Part shown: positions 39,675 through 50,271 of the stretch, one piece after another
How the letters are laid out: each line of letters starts with the position of its first letter
How positions within the stretch are numbered: position 1 is the stretch's first letter
From: Schizochytrium sp. TIO01
Taxonomy: Eukaryota > Protista > Bigyra: Labyrinthulomycetes
Assembly: GCA_004764695.1 (NCBI GenBank)
Contig: SMSO01000005.1
Coordinates: 310,001 to 374,000, forward strand
Direction: 5' to 3'
DNA length: 64,000 bases
The notes under the pieces: generated by a model
What the model was told of the DNA's origin: nothing
The model's input: the letters and a program-made list of their open reading frames with translations, nothing else
The model's database searches: none
Program-made: the position numbers and the translations under genes

Positions 39675-41411
39675 ATGCTTCAGACTGAGACCGCACCGGC
39701 TGGCGGCGTCGAGCACGACTCGAGCCTCGCCGACTCGCAGCAAATGAAGGGCACTGTCCTTAACGCTTCGTCTGGCCCTGAGGGCTACGATGCTCCCGAG
39801 CTCCACCGCCCTGAGCGCCAGCTCAACGCATACACCATCATGATCCTCCTCGTTGCCATCTTCGGTGGCCTCATCTTCGGTCTTGATATTGGTACCGCTG
39901 CTACCACCTCCATGAACTCCTTCCGCGAGGAGATGGACATTCCCATCCTCCAGTCTGGTCAAAAGGACTCCGACTCCACCACTGCCCAGATCAACCAGTT
40001 TACTTACATCTTTCACCTTGGTTGCCTTGTTGGTGCCCCGTTCGCTGGTTTTATCTCTGACCGTATTGGCCGTAAGCCCGTGATCATCATTGCTGCCACC
40101 ATCTTCATGCTTGGCTCTCTGTGGCAATCGCTCGCTGGTCTGGTCTCCACCTCCTTTGCATGGAAGTCCATCATCCTTGGCCGTGCTTTCGGTGGTGTCG
40201 GTCTTGGCTTCATGCTTACCATGGCCCCCGTCTACACCGCCGAGCTCGCCCCTGCAAACTGGCGTGGTAAGGCTATTACCATCTTCCAGCTCTCCATCAC
40301 CATTGGTATCTTTGTCATGGCCATTTACAACAACTTCATGAGTGCTTCATGGGGCTGGCGTCTTGGTATTGCGCTCCAGATCATTCCCTGCATCCTTACC
40401 ATCATCATGACCCTCACCATCTTCCCTGAGAGCCCCCGCTACCTTGTCAAGGTCAAGAAGTACGACGAGGCCGAGGCTGCCCTCCGCCACCTCGCTGCTG
40501 GTACTCCGGATGCCGACAAGGTTGTGAGCTTCGAGATGCAGCAGATCAAGGAGGAGGTTTCTCTTGAGGAGGCTGCTGGTGAGGGTAACTTCTGGGAACT
40601 CTTCCAGGGTGAAAACCTCGTCTCCGTCCTCTGTGCTGCTGGTGTTGCCTTCTCCCAGAACGTCACTGGTGTCAACTGGTTTATGTCTTACGCCACCACC
40701 CTCTTCAACTCGCTCGATTTTGATGCCTTCACCTACGATCTTATCCTCAAGGCTATCAACGTCGCCTTTACCTTTGTTGCTATCCCCCTGATCGACTCGA
40801 TGGGACGTAAGCTCCTCACCGTCTGGGGAACCACCTTCACCATCATTGCATTTCTTGTCATTGCTGCTACCATCCAGGGATCCGGCGTCGACGTTAACCA
40901 GGCCGATGCTGACGACAAGACCACCTCTGTACAGGTCTTCTCCCTTGTCATGATCTTCATCTTCCAGGCTGTTTTTGCCACTACCTGGGGACCTCTTGGC
41001 TGGATTGTGCCTGCCGAGTCCTTCTCGCTCCGCATTCGTGGTGTCGGTATGGCCTTCTGCGTGTCCATGAACTTCTTCACCAACATTGTGCTTGGTGATG
41101 TCGGATACGCTCGCATGTACAGTGCTACCAACCTTCAGATCACTTGCTTCATTCTCGTTGTGCTCAACGTTGTCATCTGCTTCCCCGTTGTCACCGTGTT
41201 CCAACCCGAGACCAAGGGTCTTGGCCTTGAGGACCTCCGTAAGGTGTTTGCCTACCAGAAGGGCGGCAATGATGAGCGTGGCTTCGGTACCATCCGCCAG
41301 TTCTTCGCCCGCAACCTCAAGCAGACCGCTCAGATCTACACGTGCGGATCTGCTGATGCCACTATCGGCTTTGAGCGCTTCAAGAACAAGGCCCCCCCCG
41401 CGATCGTTTAA
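39675..41411 (+). CDS. MFS sugar porter paralogue 3 (578 aa, intronless)
   Basis: Same SP motifs (GGLIFGLDIG, SDRIGRKP, PVYTAELAPANWRG, PESPRYL, IDSMGRK, WGPLGWIVPAE, QPETKG). Colinear with and highly similar to paralogues 1 and 2. Extreme C/T-ending codon bias suggests high expression. Confidence 0.96.
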   Translation: MLQTETAPAGGVEHDSSLADSQQMKGTVLNASSGPEGYDAPELHRPERQLNAYTIMILLVAIFGGLIFGLDIGTAATTSMNSFREEMDIPILQSGQKDSDSTTAQINQFTYIFHLGCLVGAPFAGFISDRIGRKPVIIIAATIFMLGSLWQSLAGLVSTSFAWKSIILGRAFGGVGLGFMLTMAPVYTAELAPANWRGKAITIFQLSITIGIFVMAIYNNFMSASWGWRLGIALQIIPCILTIIMTLTIFPESPRYLVKVKKYDEAEAALRHLAAGTPDADKVVSFEMQQIKEEVSLEEAAGEGNFWELFQGENLVSVLCAAGVAFSQNVTGVNWFMSYATTLFNSLDFDAFTYDLILKAINVAFTFVAIPLIDSMGRKLLTVWGTTFTIIAFLVIAATIQGSGVDVNQADADDKTTSVQVFSLVMIFIFQAVFATTWGPLGWIVPAESFSLRIRGVGMAFCVSMNFFTNIVLGDVGYARMYSATNLQITCFILVVLNVVICFPVVTVFQPETKGLGLEDLRKVFAYQKGGNDERGFGTIRQFFARNLKQTAQIYTCGSADATIGFERFKNKAPPAIV

Positions 41412-42779
41412 GCGTCTATTGCTTCGCAGTAGCACCTTACTATCCAAACACCAACCGGGGCTCACATGGTGAAGCCCAAACAAACCCATGTTGCAACCCT
41501 AAAATGTGACTAGCTGAGCTGGTATCCTAATTTTCTGGAGTACCATCGTTCAAACCTAGTCTGGCCAAATGTCGTCATATCCTAGCATTTTACGTACAGC
41601 GCCTTTTTATTTCCCATTCGCCAAAAAGTCTCCGACATGTTTATAAACCCAAAATGTGTTCGAGGCACCTGACGATCTTTTTTAACCCAGCCACGTGAAT
41701 GACAAGCTTGTCTGCGTGGTGACGATTTCAATTTATAAGGTAATTATCTATCTATTCTCTTTTGTCATAACTTTCTCGTTCTTCCTCCCTCTTACAAACT
41801 TGAGGACAATGACTCTGGCCCACTCTTTCGAAGAAGAGCTACCATTAGAATTGAATTTAAAGATTCGTGTTTCTGGTTGCACATGCTACTCAATCGATTA
41901 GCATATTTTCTTAACTGTTATTCGATCTATTCTCGACCATGATCATGGGTATTGCAACAAAGGTTACCAGAAATAGCCCCCGCCTAGTTAGAATGTTAAT
42001 TTTGGAGACGTGGAATTCGTAAAACTTTGATTTCTGATTGAGAGGGAGGGTTTTACCTCTTTTGCATTTTTAAAAAAAAAAAAAGAAGAAAAGAGCAGAA
42101 TCCAGAGATCATGATATGATTATGTAAATCCACATGCTGATTGCTCACATCTAGAAATAGGCTTTGGCAACTTCACTTCGTCTCTAGTGGGCATTGTCAC
42201 TGCTATTCTAATAAGGAATGATATCAATTGTGCATACTTCTTCTTTGCTCATAATTGTTCATCGTCCTCAAGCGCTTGAACGTTCGGTAGACTAAAAACA
42301 CACCAGGAAAGGCTCCAAACTTTTAAAAACAAGTAAACGTAGCATATTCGTGTAGTCTTGAATTTTGGGTTGCTTTGGAAAAATTCAATGGTGAATTCAT
42401 CTCAGGCAAACCATGCCGCATACTTTTTCGTATTCGACAATCACTACTTGTGCAAATCAGAGCCCAAAACCACTGATTTGTATCTCTACTTTTCAAAACA
42501 GCCATGCTCTCCCCTACTTGATCATCCATATTCTCTCTCAAATTCAGTGTTTTAGATTTTGCAGCTTCAAAATCAGAAAGTTGAAATGAATTTAGAGAGG
42601 TCCCAGACTGATACCATTGTACCTAGATATCTACACTATCTAAGGTCATTTACGACCACGTCTCGCGTCTTGCTTTCGTTTCCTCCGAAGCCTTGTACCG
42701 AAAAGGGCAAAATAGAGAAACTGAAATGAAATAGAACTTCAAATCACTTCCCCAAGCAGTAGATCAAGTCAACAAAGAG

Positions 42780-43217
42780 ATGGCTTTCCAAGAGTCCTCC
42801 ACAGCGCCTCAAAGCGTTCTTGTATATGTCTACTGGCCATGTAAGTGATGCGGTGCTGGGGTAACGTACCACGACTTTGCAGACGCTAGAGATGAGCTCC
42901 TTCAAACTCGGTCTGGCTGGCCCGTTGTGCGTGTACGTGGCAAAAAGCAAGAACCAGGTATGGAAGGCTCTGCAGGCTATGCCTTTGACGTATATCTTAT
43001 GGACGACGAAGGTGTGACAAAAAAACACTTGCTTTGGTCTCTCGCAAAGGAAAAGCGGAAGCCAGAACCAGGTGAGCTTGTGCAACGCCTCGAGACCTTA
43101 ATTCTCCCCCCTAAACGTCATATCCAATACCAAAATGAAGCTGACGAACTCAAAACTGTGCCAGACATGTGCACGGAAGAACTCGTTGAGTCAGAGGTTC
43201 ATGACGTGTCGCTTTAA
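42780..43217 (+). CDS. Putative two-exon hypothetical protein (131 aa); exons 42780-42840 and 42883-43217, 42-nt intron
   Basis: ATG at 42780. Canonical donor GTAAGT at 42841, branch-like GTAAC and acceptor TTTGCAG ending 42882. Splicing removes an in-frame TGA and joins MAFQESSTAPQSVLVYVYWP-Y-ARDELLQTRSGWPVVRVRGKKQEPG... in frame with ORF 42927..43217. Confidence 0.55.
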
Positions 43218-43782
43218 GGTTCATTTACAGACCTATCACCACAATTTTGTGAGTCTATGTAACGCTATCCCTCTATTCTACCATTTCTATGCCTATAGGT
43301 TAGCAGCATTTGCTATTTGTTTGATTCAAACTTAAGCTATAATGACGCATGTATCTGTAAACACCAATCAACCATGGGGTGCATGCCGACACAAGGTGCC
43401 CAGCTAACTTATCGCAATAATATAAATAAATTTGTTTGTTTTGGTCTGGTTTTTACTGAAGCTACGAAGACCTCAGAAAAATCAGACCTATCAATTGATC
43501 TCCATTTTGCTTGTGAATCTACGGCTGTCTTGATTGAATTTATCCATTTTGGCTAGCGCAATCTCCATTAACAACAATGCAACTTGAGAAAGGGAACAAC
43601 AACCAAAAATATATCTAAAATCTAAATTGACTATGTGGCTGGTACTGACTAACGAGTTATTTAAGCAGATTATGCGAATTGGCTGTAAGCATAAGCAAAA
43701 TCTGATGGTGTGCAATGTCTTCAATGAAGAGGCGCGAGTTTCAGAAAAGAGTTTGTAGTATTTACAAACGATCTCTCAAAAG

Positions 43783-45216
43783 CTATTCAGAGTCTTCAGT
43801 CTTAGACCGTTTTGCAGGAGGCTCTGCACTTTCGTTCAAAGGTGTGGTTGCTGTTGGCGCCGTAGCACCACCTTCAATAAGATGATCGCTGAGACGGAAA
43901 GCCATTTCTAAAGACTGAGAGTAGTTCAAGCGGGGGTCGCAAAGGGTTTCGTAGCTGGTCTTCAAGTCACTCTCTGAAAGGTTTTCTGGTCCACCAGTGC
44001 ATTCCGTAACATTATCACCAGTGAGCTCAAAGTGGACGCCACCCAGGCGGCTACCCATGCTCTGGTGGACCTTAATGCAGCTCTCAACCTCCTTTAGCAC
44101 AGCATCAAAACTACGCGTTTTGTGTCCGTGAACGGTCGTGGTCGTGTTACCATGCATAGGGTCGCATTGCCACAGAACGGGAAGCTTAGCATCTTGTACG
44201 GCCTTGAGAAGCGGCGGTAGCATTGACTCAACGTTGTTTGCGCCAAAACGAGTGATCAGTGCAATTTTACCTGGTGCAGCTGCGGGATCGGGCCAGAGGC
44301 GCTGGATGAGAGCAACGAGCTCATCTGGTTTAGACGAAGGGCCAACCTTGACGCCAATCGGGTTAGCAATACCACGGAAGTACTCAATGTGAGCATGATC
44401 AAGCTGACGAGTGCGGTCACCAATCCACAGAAAATGAGCGCTGCGGTTGTAGTACTTGCCATTTGGAGCCTTCACAGTCATTGCCTCCTCATACTCGAGA
44501 TGAAGACCTTCGTGTGAAGTAAACATGTCCACAGATTTCAATAATGGGTCAAGCATCACACCGCACGTTTCAATGAAGTTCATAGCGTCCGTGATGCGTG
44601 TCGCAATGCGCTGGTACTGGTCCCGACGTGTGGTGTTTTTGACAAAACCCATATCCCACGCCGGAGCATGGCGAAGGTCAGCAAGACCTTCAGCAATCAC
44701 TACTCGAGCATAATTGATAGTCGCAGCACTGTGGAAGTAGCCCTGTACAATCCGATCTGGGTCCGGCTCGCGATCCTTCGGTTCATAACCGTTGACGTTG
44801 TCGCCACGGTATGAAGGAAGCTCTTTGCCGTCGATCACCTCAGTATCACTAGAGCGCGGCTTTGCGAACTGGCCTGCAAGTCGAGCTACACGCACAGTTG
44901 GGGTACGCGCACCATAGGTAAGAACAAGGCTCATCTGCAACAAGATCTTGATCTTGTTTTCAATGGTTTGTGCCTTGCAGTCATCAAAACGCTCTGCACA
45001 ATCGCCGCCCTGGAGAAGAAAACGCTTGCCCTCTACACATTCTGCCAGAGCACTTCGCAGAGATTCAATCTCATGAACAGCGACAAGTGGTGGTAGCTGC
45101 TGGACCTTGGCAATGCTCTCCTTGAGCTTCTCCTGATCCTTATACTGAGGCTGCTGTTTTACAGGCAGGTTGCGCCACGAGCTTGGTGACCACGTTGAGT
45201 CCACAGTTTCAGACAT
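43783..45216 (-). CDS. Class II 3-deoxy-D-arabino-heptulosonate 7-phosphate (DAHP) synthase, first enzyme of the shikimate pathway (477 aa)
   Basis: Class II (DAHP_synth_2) motifs: WSPSSWR..P.KQQP.Y, LLQGGDCAE, RLAGQFAKPRS, LPSYRGDNVNG, FTSHEGL.LEYE, HFLWIGDRTRQLDHAHIEY, NPIGVKVGP, WQCDPMHGNT, GGVHFELTGDNVTECTGG, YETLCDPRLNYSQSLE. Confidence 0.97.
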   Translation of the reverse strand: MSETVDSTWSPSSWRNLPVKQQPQYKDQEKLKESIAKVQQLPPLVAVHEIESLRSALAECVEGKRFLLQGGDCAERFDDCKAQTIENKIKILLQMSLVLTYGARTPTVRVARLAGQFAKPRSSDTEVIDGKELPSYRGDNVNGYEPKDREPDPDRIVQGYFHSAATINYARVVIAEGLADLRHAPAWDMGFVKNTTRRDQYQRIATRITDAMNFIETCGVMLDPLLKSVDMFTSHEGLHLEYEEAMTVKAPNGKYYNRSAHFLWIGDRTRQLDHAHIEYFRGIANPIGVKVGPSSKPDELVALIQRLWPDPAAAPGKIALITRFGANNVESMLPPLLKAVQDAKLPVLWQCDPMHGNTTTTVHGHKTRSFDAVLKEVESCIKVHQSMGSRLGGVHFELTGDNVTECTGGPENLSESDLKTSYETLCDPRLNYSQSLEMAFRLSDHLIEGGATAPTATTPLNESAEPPAKRSKTEDSE

Positions 45217-47966
45217 TCTTCTTCTCGAATAAGGTCTCTACTTCGAGTGTGGCCTTGCAAGTTTTATAATCAATATATGTCGTGCTTCACAGAGGTCGAA
45301 GTCCTGTCTGTCTTTGTCCTTGCTCAAGGAACTGAGCTCAATTTGCCTATCACACTGCCTTGACTCGAGTCCAGTCTTGGGCCTGCTTCCACGAATGTAC
45401 TCAACTCAACTTCAGCACAACCTGGTGAGGTGGTATATCCTCCAAGGTAGAAAGAAGCTGGCGATTGGGGTTTGCCAGGTAGATCTGGGCGGTCTCCAAT
45501 TTCTCCTTCTTCTGTTTGGGGCCAAATATGTCAAATAGTCCCGAGGCAGCAAGATTTGTGTCGATCAATGAGAACAACGCCTCGCACCAGGAACTTTGCC
45601 GAAGAACGCAAAAAGAACAAAAGAACGTGCGCAACGCATTCTGCAGTTCTGAAATGACAGGATGATAGTAGGCAGAAACAATAGGTAGTACCAGTGGTAG
45701 TAGGTAATTAGGCACATAGAGATAGGTATGGGTATAGGTATTTAGCAATAATGGATTATATATAGAGACCATTGTTCATCAATGGCTTCAGCTTCTACCC
45801 AAGAAAGAGGTTTGCTAGCAATACTTTTACACTGGTGAAGACAGGCTTTATCTAACGACGGACTAATTTAACCAAGAACCTTTTTGTGTAGGGGTATATA
45901 AACAGATACCTTCGCGCTATTAACTTTTTAAACACCCTTGCCAAATTGAAAACGCTTGAAGAAATAGTAACTTTTTCTCATTTACAATAGTAGGAATTTA
46001 TCATTCTCTAGATTGTGGTGCCGAACTTTTGATTTCTTGAACCCCAACTGGAATATGAGGGAATGCCACATAAGAAGATTGTGTCTATGTATTTGGTGTG
46101 AGAGTTTTGCTTATTAGCATATCAAGAGGCACATGAATGCGCTGGGGTATTTTTTTTTCAAATGGTGTTATTTAGCAATGAATTTAACTACGTTGTGCTT
46201 CATTTAAAAAATTGTATTGAACAATTTTTCTCTCAAGGCCAGATGTAGAAGAGTGGATGTACTTGTAAACAGGTCTCCACCCCTTAGGCACCATAATGTA
46301 AAATATTCTATATATGTTTCTTCGCTCAGTCCCAATTTGCATATTGCATACACAAGCTCTAATGGTGATGAATAGAACCCCCAATTCGAAACTTGTAAAA
46401 TTATACATTTGTGAATTTGAAATTGCAACAAACAATCGCAGTACCCAATATTGTTATTTGTAAAGTTGAAATCCACTTTTTTGAATGATTCTTTAGTTTG
46501 GGTGCTTGCATAAAAAAGAGTGTAAGCAAGCATTCGAAACCCACCAATTTAATTCTGATGTAGTGATGAAATGTTTCACCATGCGACTGATGCGGAGTCC
46601 CCCCGTGAAATACAAATTTTCGATGATCAATTTTGAGATGATCTTCTCAATGAGCTAAACACTCTGCGTCTGACGAAGTTAAAATGAATGTACGTCGAAC
46701 CAACCTAACTAGGTCTTTCAGCGCTCGGCAATATCTATCAAGACTTACGACATAAATTCTAGTTCATTCGTTTTACGTGTTGTAGAAGAAGTAACCTTAA
46801 CTGCACATGAAAAAGGAGAACAGAATCTAAACAATCATTGCACGCAATAAGAATCCGAGGTCGTGGTAAAATGCACAAGATCAATACAGACACGAGATTT
46901 ATCAAAGTCAAGGACTGCCATATACTCGCAATTCCACAATAAGATGTCCAATATAATGTTGTTGCGAAGCGCTGCATTGATGTGGTAAACTTTTGTTCTT
47001 GCGTTGAGCGTTTCACTGCCGTACTTAGTGACTACAATAAAGCGCCCCATGTTTTGGCGAAGAAGCCCATGAAAAATATTTAAGACGTCGCAACGTCTTT
47101 CGGTTCTGTCGAAGCTCATATTACATTTCCCTTTAATTTAAGAACATACCTTCAACAGATTCAGCCTCCTTTTGGTAGTGGAGACAGGAAAGGGCCTTCA
47201 TCACTGCACCAGGTCCCTTACCATTATTGAAATCATTCCGGCAAGGCGTGCCGTGGCGATCATACAATAACTCAGGTAGGAAAGTAGCCATGGAAATGGG
47301 ATCTTAAAGTAGTCACCCACGTTCAGCCCGTTTGGATTTCAGCAGGGCACTTTGAGATCCGCTTGTACGCCACTTGCAACTAAGGTCAGAGTGGTATTAT
47401 CAGTTTGTGATGGTGACATTATTTTTTGCGCAGAACTGGACCGTTGCATTTGGGAAAACACTTTCTTCACTGTAAGTCGATCTGTTCTCTCAAGTTTTGC
47501 TTTGTTTAGCAGCTAAATGCCGTGCTTTACTTAGTGTATCTAAAATTCTCACACATCTAATTGAATGTGTTTCTATATACCTTTCATGGATATAGCTCTT
47601 CAAGGTTTTTGCTCGTTTTATGAGGTTAAGCACAAATTATGGGTCCAAAATACAAAGAACGTGTTAGACATGTGTACAAAGAGTCCTGGGCAGAGACAAC
47701 CTTTTGAACAATAAGGTTTTGGTATCGCCGTTTTGGGAGTTTTATCTCTTGCAGCAGGATCTAATAGGTGCAGATCAAGCAAATGAGGGTATTAGTACAT
47801 AATGTTCTCTTCGGACATATCTGTATAGTAACTAACACTTGCGCACGTGCATGAAAGGATCTCACCACGTTTTTGCTATAGGGGATTGTCATAGAGAATT
47901 AACATTGTATAGTTTTGTGAAAAGTGGCACCAAACATCTAGCTACGTATTTTTGACACTTTGTATG

Positions 47967-48716
47967 TGCTGAAAGGTGATATTGATTAGCGTGAGGTTGA
48001 CTGTAAAGATGAAGGCTTCAAGAAGGCTGATTTAAGTGTTAGCGAACTGCTGTCCTGAGGAATGAATTCCAGGACAGATGGATTCATGTAGTAATTAGGG
48101 AGATTAAGACATTCTTGAATGTGGTTTTAGATAATCGATGGGGTTTGGTTATCCAACTTCTCCAACCATCGATTCAGGCTAAACCAAGCTTGGGTGTCGG
48201 TAATGTGTATTCACACTTCTAGTTCTTGGCTTGAGCAGCCACATGAGTCTGGCTGCCTATTCTTGTTCTAATGTAAACCTTATTTCTACTGGGTTTTACA
48301 AAGGGACACAAAGAACTCTAGCAATGTCTTGTCCACTAGTTCCTTCGATTGCAGATCTCAGCGGTATGCCGTTGCCGTCCGTTTATGACACCCTAGTGAA
48401 CATAGGGCTTACAATAGAGCAAGAGTAGGCAGCCAGATTCATGTGGCTGCTGGAGTCAAGAATCAAAAGTGTGAATACACATTAACTACATCCAAGCATG
48501 GTAAAACTTGAATCGATGGTTGTAGAGGTTGAATAACCCAACCCATCGATTATCTCTAAACCTTTCAAGAATGTCTTAACATTTTTAATTGGTACATGAA
48601 TCCATCTGTCCTGGAATTCATTCTCCAGTACAACGGTTCGCTTGCTCACAAATCAGCCTTCTTAAAGCCTTCATCTTTACAGTCAACCTCAAGCTAGCCA
48701 GGATTATCTTTCAGCA
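47967..48716 (+). ncRNA. Candidate long hairpin RNA (foldback: arms ~47967-48306 and ~48378-48716, loop ~70 nt)
   Basis: The right arm is the imperfect reverse complement of the left arm over ~340 nt, e.g. TGAGGTTGACTGTAAAGATGAAGGC vs GCCTTCATCTTTACAGTCAACCTCA, and GAATGAATTCCAGGACAGATGGATTCATGTA vs TACATGAATCCATCTGTCCTGGAATTCATTC. The inverted repeat is certain; transcription and function are inferred from the G:U bias. Confidence 0.6.
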
Positions 48717-49122
48717 ATAACAACCTGAGATGCTTTGATTTGCCCTTTTAATCCAATATGAAAATCCAACTGATATATGTAGCCTCTGATGGGTGAGAGC
48801 GAAAAGGTAAGGTAAAGTAGAGCAAGATTTGCGTTATTGGTATTAAACATAGTATCACCATTATCATTCTCGTGGCATATGCAGTTCTATATCTGCTGAT
48901 GAAATAAGATTCGGGCAAGGCATTTCTTCGAGGTCTTGTCATGGCATGATAAACCCTCGAAGGAATACGATTTTCTTAGGATTGCAGTGTAGCTTGCCAG
49001 TGAAGCGTGCAGAGGTAGTCTGACATGGAACTCAGGAGAAAGAGAAAGAGGATGATATTTGAGTTATTGGGGTTTCAGGTCTGGATACAGGCAGAATGAA
49101 TGTATCATGACGGACCGGAGAG

Positions 49123-49170
49123 CTAGGTTAGGTTAGGTGAGATTAGATTAGGTGAGCTAAGGTAGATTAG
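49123..49170 (+). repeat. Degenerate pentamer tract, consensus TTAGG
   Basis: CTAGG TTAGG TTAGG TGAGA TTAGA TTAGG TGAGC TAAGG TAGAT TAG. Confidence 0.6.
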
Positions 49171-50271
49171 ACACTTCGCTGTATATTACTTTAATACATA
49201 GGATTAGAACTAGATAGACCAGATGCGTGGTTGTGAAACGATTAAAGTAAAAAAAGAAAAAGAAGAAAAGAAGAAAGTGAGTAGTAGATATTCAATAGAG
49301 TAGCTCTGATGAAATACAAATTGATGGTTGAAGGAGCAACTTAACCCTACCGTCTCAATTTTATCTGATGCAAGTCAAGTCACTCTTAGTCTTCTATTGA
49401 CGAAGCGTTAGTTTTAACAAGGAAATTGAGCAATCATAAAGATTCCAACATACTACCTGAACTGGCAGTGTCGGATGCCTGAGTGGGAGGTTGTTACCAA
49501 AGTAAGATCGTCTTTGTGAAATCGACACGGTCCTCACTACGAACGCAGAGGGTTCGTGTGCAATCTTTCACGTTTACCATACTCTCAATGTTCAATGTTT
49601 TCTTTGTTCCTGTGAGGGCTCTTTCCTTGCAACAATTATACCTAACAAATTTGTTAGATTTTATCTTTTGGCGAGTTTTACTTATGATTTTTGTTTTGCT
49701 TTGTTTTCCTTTCTTAATTCCAGTGCTAAAACTCTGTGTTGATTTTCTTTTACAAAATCTTGTACACAGTCTGTCATTCTGAGCATGCACATACATGACT
49801 TACGGAAACAACGGAAGCTAACCTGCATCTATTGAAAATGTGATGATGGTTGCGGACATTCAAAACCCGCTGAAGAATGAAAACAGTAGAAACTATGTCA
49901 ATGGGCATTCTTGCAAACGAATGTTAAAATGTCATTGCTTTGAAATACTAAACTAAACCTGGGCCAACGTTTTCGTCATACAGATAGGACTCAACGCCTC
50001 TTGCTCTATATAATTTTTATAACTTACATACCAACACGTGATATGTGAAGTTAAACTTTCAGGGAGAGGTGAATCACATAGCGAAAACATATGAGCTGTC
50101 ATTTATCGTATTCATTATTGACGCTAATATTTGGTTTTTCGATAGAGATGATTTCACTGACTCATCAGTAAGCAGGAAAGGTTTTTATGATTCACTCTGA
50201 AACACAAGAACTTGCAGATATTGCTGGAAGGTTGCAACCTGGTGAACTGGAGGATGACAATTGAAAATGAA

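Noticed and set aside
46560-46675. Possible C/D box snoRNA (GTGATGA ... CTGA); similar boxes near 49840-49875
   Set aside because: No terminal stem or convincing rRNA-complementary guide could be identified by eye, and such short boxes occur by chance.
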